This document shows, piece by piece, positions 37,788-49,400 of a DNA stretch of 64,000 bases. Each line of letters opens with the position of its first letter. The first letter of the stretch is position 1. Under the pieces are notes generated by a model. It was not told the origin of the DNA. It saw nothing but the letters and a program-made list of their open reading frames with translations, and ran no database searches. The translations under genes were made by a program, and so were the position numbers. This stretch comes from Nageia nagi (lineage: Eukaryota; Plantae; Pinophyta): contig JBITNC010000001.1 of NCBI GenBank assembly GCA_050084985.1, forward strand, positions 210,676,001 through 210,740,000. The letters are read 5' to 3'.

Positions 37788-38596
37788 GTCATGAGTGGAT
37801 TTTTTAATGCCAAATGGAAATAATTTCAATTAATTTATATGGATAAGAAATGTTATATGCATATGAATTTATATTTTTATCAATAGATAGGTTAGTTGTA
37901 GGATGGGAAAGTGCTTATTCAATTTATTTTGTACTCATTGCAAATTAGCTATGTACAAACTATGTAAAGTTACCCAATAAAAAAATACTTGATGGAATAT
38001 TTCAATGAGGATGCCAAGAATGGAATATAATGAAAGAGATTCCATCTTTTAAATAAAAATTATAGATGGTTTGTTTAATTTGGATTCCCTTTTATATCAA
38101 AAGTTAAAACTTTTGATCATGGACTTCATAAAATCCAAATAGCATTTATTTAAGCCAAAGGGCATCATAAATAAACTTAGAATTTTAGAAGATATAATAT
38201 TTGAAAAGGTCTAGGAATGAATATCAAATGCACCAAGAATCTACATTATTAGTTAGGTTGAACATTTCTTCATTCTAATAGTTTATGAAGATAGCTATTA
38301 TATTCTTGATACCCATAATTGTAGACTTGAAGATGAATGTAAATAAGCATTTGTAATTAAATTCAATGAAGAATCAAAACTAGGGGAAATTTGGAAAAAA
38401 AAAATAGCAAAAATACCTATATTGTAAAATGTTAGGGAAAAGACTATTGCAAATATTTCTTCACTAAGTTTCTATCAAAATCATCTGTGCATTCTTGGGT
38501 GATTTATTTCAAAGTTGTGATACTAAATTATAACCAAATTCTTTAGAATTCAACTATGGAATTTTCTTTTGTAGCATGGGAGGAAGTATAAAATAG
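37788..38596 (+). pseudogene. Exon encoding a decayed papain-like/tegument-DUB-like domain homologous to the C-terminal domain of plant NT-C2 (At3g11760-like) proteins
   Basis: Bounded by TTTTAG and GTAATC. Translates VGWESAYSIYFVLIAN*L...LPNKKILDGIFQ*GCQEW...FNLDSLLYQKLKLL...FEKV*E*ISNAPRIYIIS*VEHFFILIVYEDSYYILDTHNCRLEDECK*AFVIKFNEES...C*GKDYCKYFFTKFL. This is collinear with remembered motifs AGESACT..IADW / EGS.EW / FD.IWDEI / YIVSWNDHFFIL..YYIIDTLGERL.EGC.QAYILKFD / C.GKE.CKE. Confidence 0.75.
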
Positions 38597-39429
38597 GTAA
38601 TCATTTTTATTTTATGAATTTTTTTATCATAATATATATTTTAATGACTAATATTCTTCTTAATAAAAATTATTTTTTTCTTGTCCCATGTAGGTAGATG
38701 ATGAAATGAATAAGCTAAAAAATGTTAAGGAGCATTGAAGAAGATACCGGGTTTTAAATTTATACCTAGACTAATACTAGGGATAACTCTTGATTTCAAA
38801 AAATATGAAAATTTGATATCATTTTTGTGCGAGTTTAAAACTTTAGTTAGAATGATGAAGGGAATAAGATATTGTACAATGATGGGAACAGGGGCTATGA
38901 AAAAGTGAATATGATTGCAATAATATGGATAGAAGAAATATGATTGTAATAATGGTTGTAATAAATAAATTAATATTTAATTAGAATGATTGTAATAATG
39001 TTAATATGGATACTTTGGTGTTCTTGCATGTAATCTTGTGGAATATTTATAATCTACATATAATGTACATTTTTTTAATGTTATATCTCTCCTATTTTAG
39101 TATATTATTGTAATCCAATGAATGTACATGTAATATATTTTTTGTAATCTAATAAATGAATGTACCTGTAAAGAGGAGATTTGTATGTTTTACAAGTTGG
39201 AAGATTTATAATTAAATAAATGAATGTACTTCTTTTGTTAAGAACTTCCTTTTAATAGTGTAATATAATTTTAGTAATAAACAACATTGTTCATTTGTAA
39301 AAAAAATTATAAGTAATTTAAAAAAAAAAAGAAATAAAATGAGAAATCATACATTATTTCATTATGCATAAAAGCATGCACTAAAGAGATGGAATCAAGT
39401 GTAAGATAAATATTTATAATAGTGACATG

Positions 39430-39773
39430 TTAAGCCAAATATATAATTATAAATAATGGATAACAAATATGCTCAAGGGTAACAAAATTCTAATCTCAAT
39501 AGGTAGCACTTAGAAATACATAAATGTTAGGTACTAACTATCAAGATTAAATCTCAATTGCTTTCCCATATGGTCATACTTACCTTTATATATGCATGAG
39601 ATATCCACCACTAGCCCTTTATGAAGGTTAGCATTGACACTAATGTACCTAGCAAAATTAATAAAAAGCACATGAGATGTGTTTGATAATAATGCAATAA
39701 CATGATAAAAGATTGTTTATAGTATAACACCTAAGAGGGGCCACCTTGGGGGGACCACATTTAGGTGTCAATA
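39430..39773 (-). repeat. Partial LTR of the Tat-like family at 39875-45087
   Basis: Shares AATCTCAATAGGT, CATACTTACCTT and terminal GGACCA.ATTTAGGTGTCAATA blocks. Confidence 0.75.
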
Positions 39774-39874
39774 GTAGGCTCACAAGAAATATTCACATTT
39801 TAATTACTATTAACATAGAACATTTTTAGAACATAATGTATGAATAATACCTTTAATAGGTTCTACATTTTGAA

Positions 39875-42800
39875 TATTAAAATATTTTTAGTGACTACTA
39901 ATATTAAACTAGGTAGAAATGATACTAAAATATTCATATTTGATCATAAGAATAATAATATAAAGTATAATAAAATAAAAATGAATTAAATAATACCTAG
40001 ATTATTGGATTGAGATAACACTAATGCACTAATGATAAATGGATCAAGAGATAGCTACATAACTATTAATCTTACCTAGGACGATGAAGATTATATGCAA
40101 ATAGGATATTAATGAATATAATGATCTTGATATGCAAATCCTCATATAGTAATGCAAATTGGAACCCTAGCATGGATTCCCAAGGGATTATAGATGTGAA
40201 GCCCCAAATAGTAGCATTGATATATACAATAGTGCAAATTTTATACATCCAATGGAATGGATTTCACAACCAAGACCCAATGCATACTAGATAATCAATA
40301 AATCAAGACAAATATATAATTATAGAAGATGGAATAAAAGATATGCTCATATCATAACAAGATCCCAATCTCAATAGGTGAAATTAAGAAACACTTAAAT
40401 GTACATACTAGCTATTGATATGAAATACTTATGCTTTCCCATGTAATCATACTTACCTTTAAATATGAAAGAGTACCTCCATATAGAGGCTAGCATAGAC
40501 CATTGGACATTAGGGTACCTTGTATAGATAAAGAAAAAATTACATTAGAAGTATCTTAAGTGGGATAACATAACATATATGATATAATATGATATTAATA
40601 TAATTAAATACTTAATTAACATAATAAAAGATCTAAGAGGTACCACCTTAGGTGGACCAAATTTAGGTATCAATAGATGCCCCTATTTGCAAATATAGTG
40701 AAATGAAATAATCTTGAAATATAATTATGTTTGCAAAGGAAGTATAGAAGAAAGAGAATAAAAATTTTATACTTCCCTAGTTTGGCTAAAGAAATATTCA
40801 ATAATCAATGATTAATGATATATGCTTCCCCCTCTTTGACTTAGTTTTGAAATAGAATGGTTATCCATGGAATAAGAACAACCAAGAGTAAAGAATAGAC
40901 TAAAAAATAAAGACAAAAAAAAAACATCTTCCAAAAAGTACATAGATCTTAAAGAACATATGTTAGATCATAATATCATGTAAAATTATATCATAATATA
41001 GATATGTAATACCTTAATAATTAAAAGTATATATTATAGTAAAAGTATCATAATAATTTCTATAAAGTGATGGTTAATACCCAAACCAACAAAGGAAGTG
41101 ATCATAAAGTGGTCATAATGAAGTGACCATAATAAGAACATAGCAATATTTTACCATAACAAGCATAATATGTAAACAAAGATCATAAGTCATATATATG
41201 AGGGACAAGAGTGTTAAGGGATATAACCTTTACACTCTTGAGGGCATGCCCCCAAATAGAGTAGAATTTTGATAATATGCCCTAACACTAGTGTTGGGTT
41301 ACTTATGCCTTATTTCATCTAAAATCATTGATTATAATCCTCTAAGATATTTTGATTCTTTCTAGTCTATTCTGAACTAAAAATCATTTTGTATTCCCTT
41401 ATGATATTTCATCATGCATAATTTCCTTTTAAAAACCATGACTAAACTGAAAAAAATTAACAAACCATTTTTGAAAAACTTAAAAAAAAAAATATATATA
41501 TTATATATAACTAAAATAATCTAATACATAAGAATAATAATATAAACTTAACAACATAAATTCATAAAGGAATGATGGTTATTTAAATCCCCAACTAGCA
41601 AAAGTAAAAGTGATGGTTAATTACGCCGCCAACCAAGAAATGCATAGTGTGCAATGCATAATGCAAAAACTACATGAAAATGCATAACTAACCTATATGA
41701 AAATGCAGGTATAATATATATGAAAAATATAAGAAACATTACTTGGTGAGTGTCCTTGTAAAATATAACTTTGATCTTTATTCCACTTAAATACAACATC
41801 CTTTCTTGAATCTTAAAACTTAGTAGAATGTTGTAGACCAGCAAGATATTTTAGCTTAATCTTCTTTATACATGTACAAGTGGTCCTTCTAGGTGGACTT
41901 GATCTTTCCTTGATCTATGTTCGTATCATTAATGTTTCTCTAGTATGAGTGTTTCCCCAATGTTGGTGTTTCCCCCAATGTTCATGATTGACATCTAAAG
42001 TTGCTTCAAAATTCTAATATACTTGAGGAGTATCTTCATATGAAATATGGTATTTATTCATGATTACTTATTTAACTTTATCTTCATGTATTTATTCTTT
42101 TTTCTCATCACCTCCATCTTCATAAATAACCATATTAACTTTTTGGTGGATGTCTTCATTTGTAATTTGTTCATCTTTTATTTCATCTTCATCTTCCACT
42201 TCATCTTCATCTTCACTTTCAATTTATTTTACAATATCTTGAGGAATGGATGCATTATATTTTGATTGTATTGAGCTAATCTCTATAAAATAATCAAATA
42301 TATCTTTAATATAACTTATAGTAATATTATCATCAATAAACCAATTCTTGAAAATATTATCGATAACTTCTCTATGATGACCAAATTTCATACATAAATT
42401 ATATAAGCTAATTTTACTAGAAAAAGAATCATAATCATGAAAGGGTGTAATCTTACCTCCCTTATTACCTTGTTGTGAATAGGCAAAATATTCTTCTAGA
42501 GTAACCATGCTGACCATATTGTTATTTCCTTCATTGTAAAATTCCTCTACAATTTTGTTATCATATTCTTCATTGGTAACATAATTAACTTTTCTCATTT
42601 CTAAAAGCTTATACAATTTCTTATTCATTTTAACACACACATTAGTGGAATGGAATTTGACTTGATGATAAAAATAATGATTATTCTTATTATACCAATA
42701 CGGATTACCTTCATATTAAATATATTCTATACCCTTTTTAGGTTTTATCAATCCTTTGCTAAAAAATATTTGAATATTTGTGTGGGAGCTATGGGAATCT

Positions 42801-45087
42801 TGTAAAATGGTTTTCTTTTCTTTTTCATTTGCACTTGGTTTAGTCACATTTACTTGATTATTATATTCCTTTAATATTAATTTATATGATTATCCTTGGT
42901 ATAAGATGCATACTTAAGTTGACCAAATCTTAACAAAAAATTTCTTTCTCAATAAGCTTGTAAACCATATCCATAAAGGTATCTTTAACGTAATCAATAC
43001 CATAAGCTCCAAGAATAGGATTAATATTATTAAGAAACACCTTTGCAATGGATTTCTCATCCATAGTTCATTTTATTTATCTCTAAATATTCATATATAT
43101 TTTTATAAAAAATTTTAATCTTTTAGATAGACCTTTCTTATAATGTATAAAATCTATAAAATTAAGAGGCTTCTTAATATTGCATTCGAAGTGACTTTTG
43201 AACTTATCTTTTCACTATTAAAATTTTGTAATTGAAGTAGGTACCAAATTATGAAACCATTTTCTTGTATCATTAATAAAACATATAGAAAAGTATTTAG
43301 CTTTTAACTAATTATTGATTCCATACTTCAACTCCATGATATACTCATATCCCTACAAATGACTAATTGGATCTCCATTAATTTTTTATAATTTTGATTC
43401 CTTATTCATATTAATGATAAGATCATTTCTAATCTCAATGCATAAATTATTTCCATTATATTCAATGCTAACAATACTCATTCCCAAATGACTCTCAAGA
43501 AAATGTAGCTTCATTTACAACTATTTTACTATGACATTCGAAGGTTTATCCCCAATGTTAGCACTACCCTAGCATTAGCACTATCATGATATTGCCCTAC
43601 TAATGTTTTCATGTTTTTCACACTTAAATAAATGTATACCAAAAACCTTGGAGTTTTTGGTTGATAAAAAATTATCAATAATATGCTAATTTTGAAAAAT
43701 ATGACCTTTAAAATTTACCAAATTATCCCAATATAAAATATATGTGTGAGATAAGATTTTCTAATGTAAAAACTCACCAAAATGACTAAAATAACCTTGA
43801 AGTTTTGGATTTTTCTATAAAAATATTTTATTTCTCAACTAAAAATATCAAAAACATTCATGAAATAATTCCAATTTCACCTTCTAAAAGGTTTCTATCA
43901 TGAATATCTAATGTTTAGGCAAAATTATAGGGCATAAACAGCCATCAAATATTCAAAACTTAAGCTTAAAATCTAGGGTTTTATGTAAAAATAAAATTCC
44001 ATAAAAAATTATTCAACTCAAAATCCCATGATAATATATGCAAATATACCCAATATCACCTTCTAAAAATTACCTATCATTAATATCTAGGATTTGTAAA
44101 AATTTCTAGGGCATAAACATAAAATTTTCAAAAATTAGGTTCAAAATCAAAGGTTTTGACCAAAAATGAAATTATACATAACAAAAACACACTTCAAATT
44201 TTCAACAATTTTAAAGCAATAAGGTTTTATAATTTTTATAAAATTAATATAAAAAAAAACAAATAAAACTTAGGGCTTCCAATGAAAAATTTCATAGAAA
44301 ATATGATACCCTAAAAATAAAAATTTTAAATTTTTTTAAATAAAAATTCAAAGTAGGTCTAAGCAACACTTTCCAACCCTAACTAAGAGATGGATATATT
44401 ATGAAAAGGTGGATGCCAATATGTTGAAATATTTTTAGTGACTCCTACTATTGAAATAGGTAGAAACTATGCTAAAATATTCACATTTAATTATAAGAAC
44501 AATAATCTAAAGTATGAGAGAATGAAAATAAATAAAATAATACTTTAACTATTGGATCAATATAACATCTAGAACCTTAGCATGGATGCCTAATGGAGTA
44601 CATATATGGAGTCTTAAACATTAGCAATGGTGCATATGGTAACACAAAAACTAGGAATCCAAAGGAATGGAGTTCGTAACCAAGACCCAATGCATAATAG
44701 ATGATTGATAATTTGAGTTAAATATATAATTATGGATGATGGAATAATATATATTCTTGTGTAATAACAAGATCCCAATCTCAATAGGTATCATTCAAAA
44801 ATACTTAAATATAGGTACTAACTATCAATATGAAATATTATTTCCTTCCATGTAATCATACTTACCTTCAAATATTAAAGAGTACCTCCACATAGAGGCT
44901 AGTATCGATGCTAGGGTACCTTGCATAAATAAAGAAAGCATTACATGAGAAGTATCTTAAATGGGCAAATGTAACATATATGATATAATATAATATTAAT
45001 ATAAAAAAATACTTAAATTACATAATATTAACATAATAAGACAACTAAGTGATACCACCTTAGATGGACCAAAATTAGGTCTCAACA
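39875..45087 (-). mobile_element. Gag-only (TR-GAG-like) Tat-related LTR element
   Basis: LTRs at 44422-45087 (5') and 39875-40675 (3'). PBS TGGCATCCACC (rc of 44408-44418) resembles decayed tRNA-Lys TGGCGCCCACC. PPT AAATAGGGGCATC (rc 40676-40688). Gag remnant GDPISHL...KAKYFSICF...RKWFHNL (~43377-43248) and knuckle HQVKFHSTNVC (~42668-42635). No pol motifs and no TSD. Confidence 0.8.
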
Positions 45088-45780
45088 GTAACAAAATTTA
45101 GTAAAGGTTAAAGAGTAGTTATTTCCAACCTTGATGAAGAGAAGGATATTCTATAAAAAGGTGGATGCTAATATGTTGTAGTATTTTTAGTTAACTCTAG
45201 GATAACTAAAGTGGAGACTAAGGTAAAATATTTAACATGTAATAATGTATTATCCTATTTGTTTAACTCAAATAAATATATAGATAACAAAAAATAAAAA
45301 GAAATAGATAATAACCTATTTATAAATATAATAATAGATAACAAATTATTGGATCAAGATATCAAGATAATGAAACATACATAGTAAAGAGAAAGGGATT
45401 AAGTGAAAGGTAAATACTCGTAATACCTTCCATAGAGAATTTTATTATATATATACAAGAAATTATCAAAGATAAGTGACCTTGATGCGTGAACTCCATG
45501 GACCATAGAAAAGATCATAACAACATGGATTCTTGTAGTAGCATGGAACTTAGGTTTTGAATAATAGCATGGGTATGCATGATAGCATGGACAATAGATA
45601 TCCATTTGAGTAGAGTTTTCCAACAAGGATCAAACATAGCATAAGATCAAAAAGTCAAACCAAACATATAATTATGAAATATGGAATGAAAAATAGGCTC
45701 ATGGTAACAAGATCAAAATCTTGATAGGTGGTGTTACGAAATATTTGAACTTTTAAGTAGTACTTGTTTCAAATAAAATT
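45088..45780 (-). mobile_element. 5' UTR stub, PBS and truncated LTR of a related, more diverged element
   Basis: TTTCCAACC...AAAAGGTGGATGCTAATA followed by TGTTGTAGTATTTTTAG (45174), repeating the 44370-44440 arrangement. Confidence 0.75.
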
Positions 45781-48389
45781 GATCCCTTTTAAGACAACTC
45801 AAATTTGAATATATATTAGTGAGTGTAGGCTAGAGTATACCCTATAAGCATAAACTAGAATATAAGATTGTATCAAAACCACTAAAGAGGCTTTCTCAAT
45901 CCATCCTTTCAATAAAACTAAGATCAAATAAAAATAAAATAAATAGCTCAAGGTGGTGTTAACAAACACCAAATTATACCTAATAACATTATTTTTTGAT
46001 TGATGATATCTTGTTCAACTGACTAGATCCTTAGATGACTTCAAAATTTTCCCAAACTATGTTCATTATCAAAACATGATAACCTTGGGCATTTTTGGAA
46101 ATGTGGTAATGTTTATTTATCAAAATGTGGGGACCCTATGCATTTCTAAATATATAAATATAAAAGATAAAATATGAAAGTTAATCATGATATTATGATG
46201 AAATAAACCTATTGTATACACAAAACATGAAAAGAATGTCTAGAAGTGTGATGGGTATGTCTTTGGTATGATATGAGGAACAATTATTGGAATGAATAAT
46301 TCTTAGCTTGCCTCAAGGCCAATGAATCTCAAATCCTCTTCTTAGATGCTAGCTAAAGATTGTTGGATTTAGAATCCTTGAAATTAATCAATTCCAAGAC
46401 TCAAGAATCAACAAATTTGGATCCCAATATTTGCACAAATTACTAGACCAAAAATATAGATATAAGCTTGCTTAAATAGATTTATATGATATGAAAAATA
46501 TTTCATTCAAAATCCATATGAATTTTAATCCAAAAAGATTATTGATTGATTGATTATTGATTAGATTCAAATTAGATTTACATAGGATTTAATCTCATTT
46601 AATTTGAGATAAATTGAGAACATATTCATTTAGTTTTCTTATCTCTTATCTACTAAGAATATTTGAAACATAAGCATTGACTCATCAATCTATAAATGGA
46701 GTCTCATATCTTCTTGCTTTCCTAATGGGTGAATCATCAATGACATGGCAAGGTGAGGTGTAAATTTTATCCAGTTATTTTCTTGTAAATAAATAATAAA
46801 TAGATTAGCCATATTAATCTAACAACCATTAATAAATATCAATAACATAAAGTAAATATTAAATCTATTAAATTAATTCATATTTAAGTAAGTAAATAAA
46901 ATAATTAAATATAATCAACATGACTAATGTTAATTATAATTTTCATATAAATGAATATGGTTCAAAGTATAATAAACATAACTAAGTGTAATTGCTCTTT
47001 AAACATAAATGACTATGATTGAAAATATAATTAATATGATAAATATTAATTATCCTTCCCAAATGTTATGATCAAAATACAATAAACATGACTAAGTTTA
47101 ATTGCAATTTCCAAGTAAATGATTATGATTAAAAACACAATAAATATAACTAAGTTTAATTGAATTTTCCAAGGTATTTGATTATGATCATAAATATGTT
47201 TAACATGAATAATGTTAATCACATTTTCCAAATATAAAGCTATGATTGAAATGTAATAAATATGATAAATATAAATTGCAATTTCTAAAGTAAATGACTA
47301 TGATAAACAAGCATTTAATATGATAAAAATCAATTGCAAATTAATAAGGATAAGAAAATAAATAATAATTAACAAAGCATAATTAAATGTAATCAAAATG
47401 ATAAAGTAATTTTGACTAATGTTGAATAAACTAACTATGCTAATGATAAAATAGGGTTATGTCAAATATAGCGCATGGTGCTGGATTTGGGTATCTATAT
47501 TTTGCCCCTTTTGGTTTGTGTTTTTCCTAGGTTAAATGCAATGACAAAATCTAATTTGGTGTAATGTGAAATGAATGTGATGTAATGGCTAACTACCCCA
47601 AGTGACATGTGTTATCCCTCTCAAACACATTTTTGGCAAGGCAAAGAGTATGATGATGTGTTTGACAGTGAAAGGGAAGGAAAAGAGAAGAAAAATAGAT
47701 TAAGAAAGAAAACATGATAGCATTTCCTAAAATGTCATAATGTTATATAAATGTGATTATGTTCCTAGAATACCATATTATTCTAAAAACATCATTGCAT
47801 TTAGGGATACATAGAAAATACAACAACATTTTTTACCAAATGGGATACAAAAGGGATAGGGTGGGTTGACTTAGCTCATTTTCATTCATTAATTCTTATT
47901 GATTGAGCTCTAGCCCTAGCACCTCCTCCTCCTACTCAAATGAGATTGGTGATATGGTAAAAAGACCTAACTGATAGAATAGGCCATGAGCCCTCTAGGT
48001 TGGTGTTAAATCCTAATCTTGCAAGTTAATTAAATTTTTATGTTAATTTAATTATAAAATTAGGATGGGTAGGATAACTAACACATGAAGGATAAAGTGA
48101 AATGAGAAATAGGTAAAATTAATGGAAAATAGGGTAAGACACTAGCAAAAATATAGACAAGTAGCTAGGATACAAAAATTGAGAAATTTAGGCTAGATTT
48201 AGAATTAATTAGGGTGAAAATATGGAAACATGAGGGGTCCCTACATTTCTCAAAGAAAAACACTATATATCCCCACACTTTTTATCTAAATATGTAGGGG
48301 ATCCCATGTTTCACCATAGAGAGAGAGAAAAATGCCATAACCCTAGGCATTTTTGACTTATCTTGATTTTTTATTTTTGATAGGAGGAT

Positions 48390-49400
48390 GAGCATATCAA
48401 TATGTGACATTGCTTTCATTTCATCTAAGATATGCTTTAAAAAATAAAGGGTGATAAATATTGGGAGTGGCTATTATTATTTAGGATCAAATATGCCAAG
48501 ATGATTGATCCTATGACCTATGATAACCCTCCACTAACACTTTCATTATTCCTACTAGTAAGTGTACCATCACAATGTAGTATATTTGGAGAATGTTTTT
48601 ATATTCCTATCAAGGGAGAGCCCATGATTAGGATACTAGTAGACATCAACCATTAGACGATCATAATAGGGTTGATTGATTCAAATTTTTAGAGACTTTA
48701 TTGAGGGATAAGTGGATTTAACTATGAGGTTACCTATATAGATGGTATCTATGATCCACATCTTATGTTCATGATGGTTATTATAATGATACATATATAC
48801 CTAGACTTTTTTAGGGATATATATTGAGATGCATACATGAGGAAGGGATAGTCTTCACATGGAGACATACACTACTTGCACTAGTATATAGGGAACTAGC
48901 TAAGATTCGATTGAGGTAATGATTAGGGATGGCATGCTCCCACCTTATAGAAATATGGGTATGGGAGAACATCTCTTTGGGGAGACTAAAAGGGCTTTCA
49001 TATCATATTCACTCAAAGTCCAATGTATTATGGGGGGACCTAGCATCAAAGGCTCCATATGCACTATAATGGGGTCAAGATTATGAGCTGTAGATATACC
49101 AATCCCACACTATGGATCTTACCTAATATAGAGACATGTTCTCATGGATGAGGTCATAGGATTTTGTGGGTATATTGTACATCGATGGCCTAGAATGGGT
49201 AGAGGATGGCTATAAGCTAGCTCGGATTCATAGACCTAGATGACTCAGGATTTTATAGGGAGAGATAGAGTTATTCTACTTCAATAGAGTCACTTGATAG
49301 TTTGGGTTACTACAATATGTACCTAAGGAACCTATAATTTATAGTAGGTTTAGATTGGATGGAATGCCAATGATAGTTTATGTAGAGATAGGACTAGAGT
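48390..49400 (+). pseudogene. Plant mobile domain (PMD) remnant, copy B, antisense to integrase
   Basis: TNTFIIPTSKCTITM*YIWRM..IPIKGE (48533-48619), FTWRHTLLALVYREL (~48854-48898), LIEIWVWENI (~48944-48973). A Gly/Asp-rich tail follows (49487-49774). Confidence 0.75.

Larger units (their letters stand above)
28175..39400 (+). mobile_element. Probable CACTA(En/Spm)-like DNA transposon derivative; termini not defined
   Basis: Subterminal-type repeat array at the left end, and a multi-exon + strand gene remnant with a TNP1-like exon. No CACTA terminus or TnpD transposase was identified, so boundaries are approximate. Confidence 0.4.
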
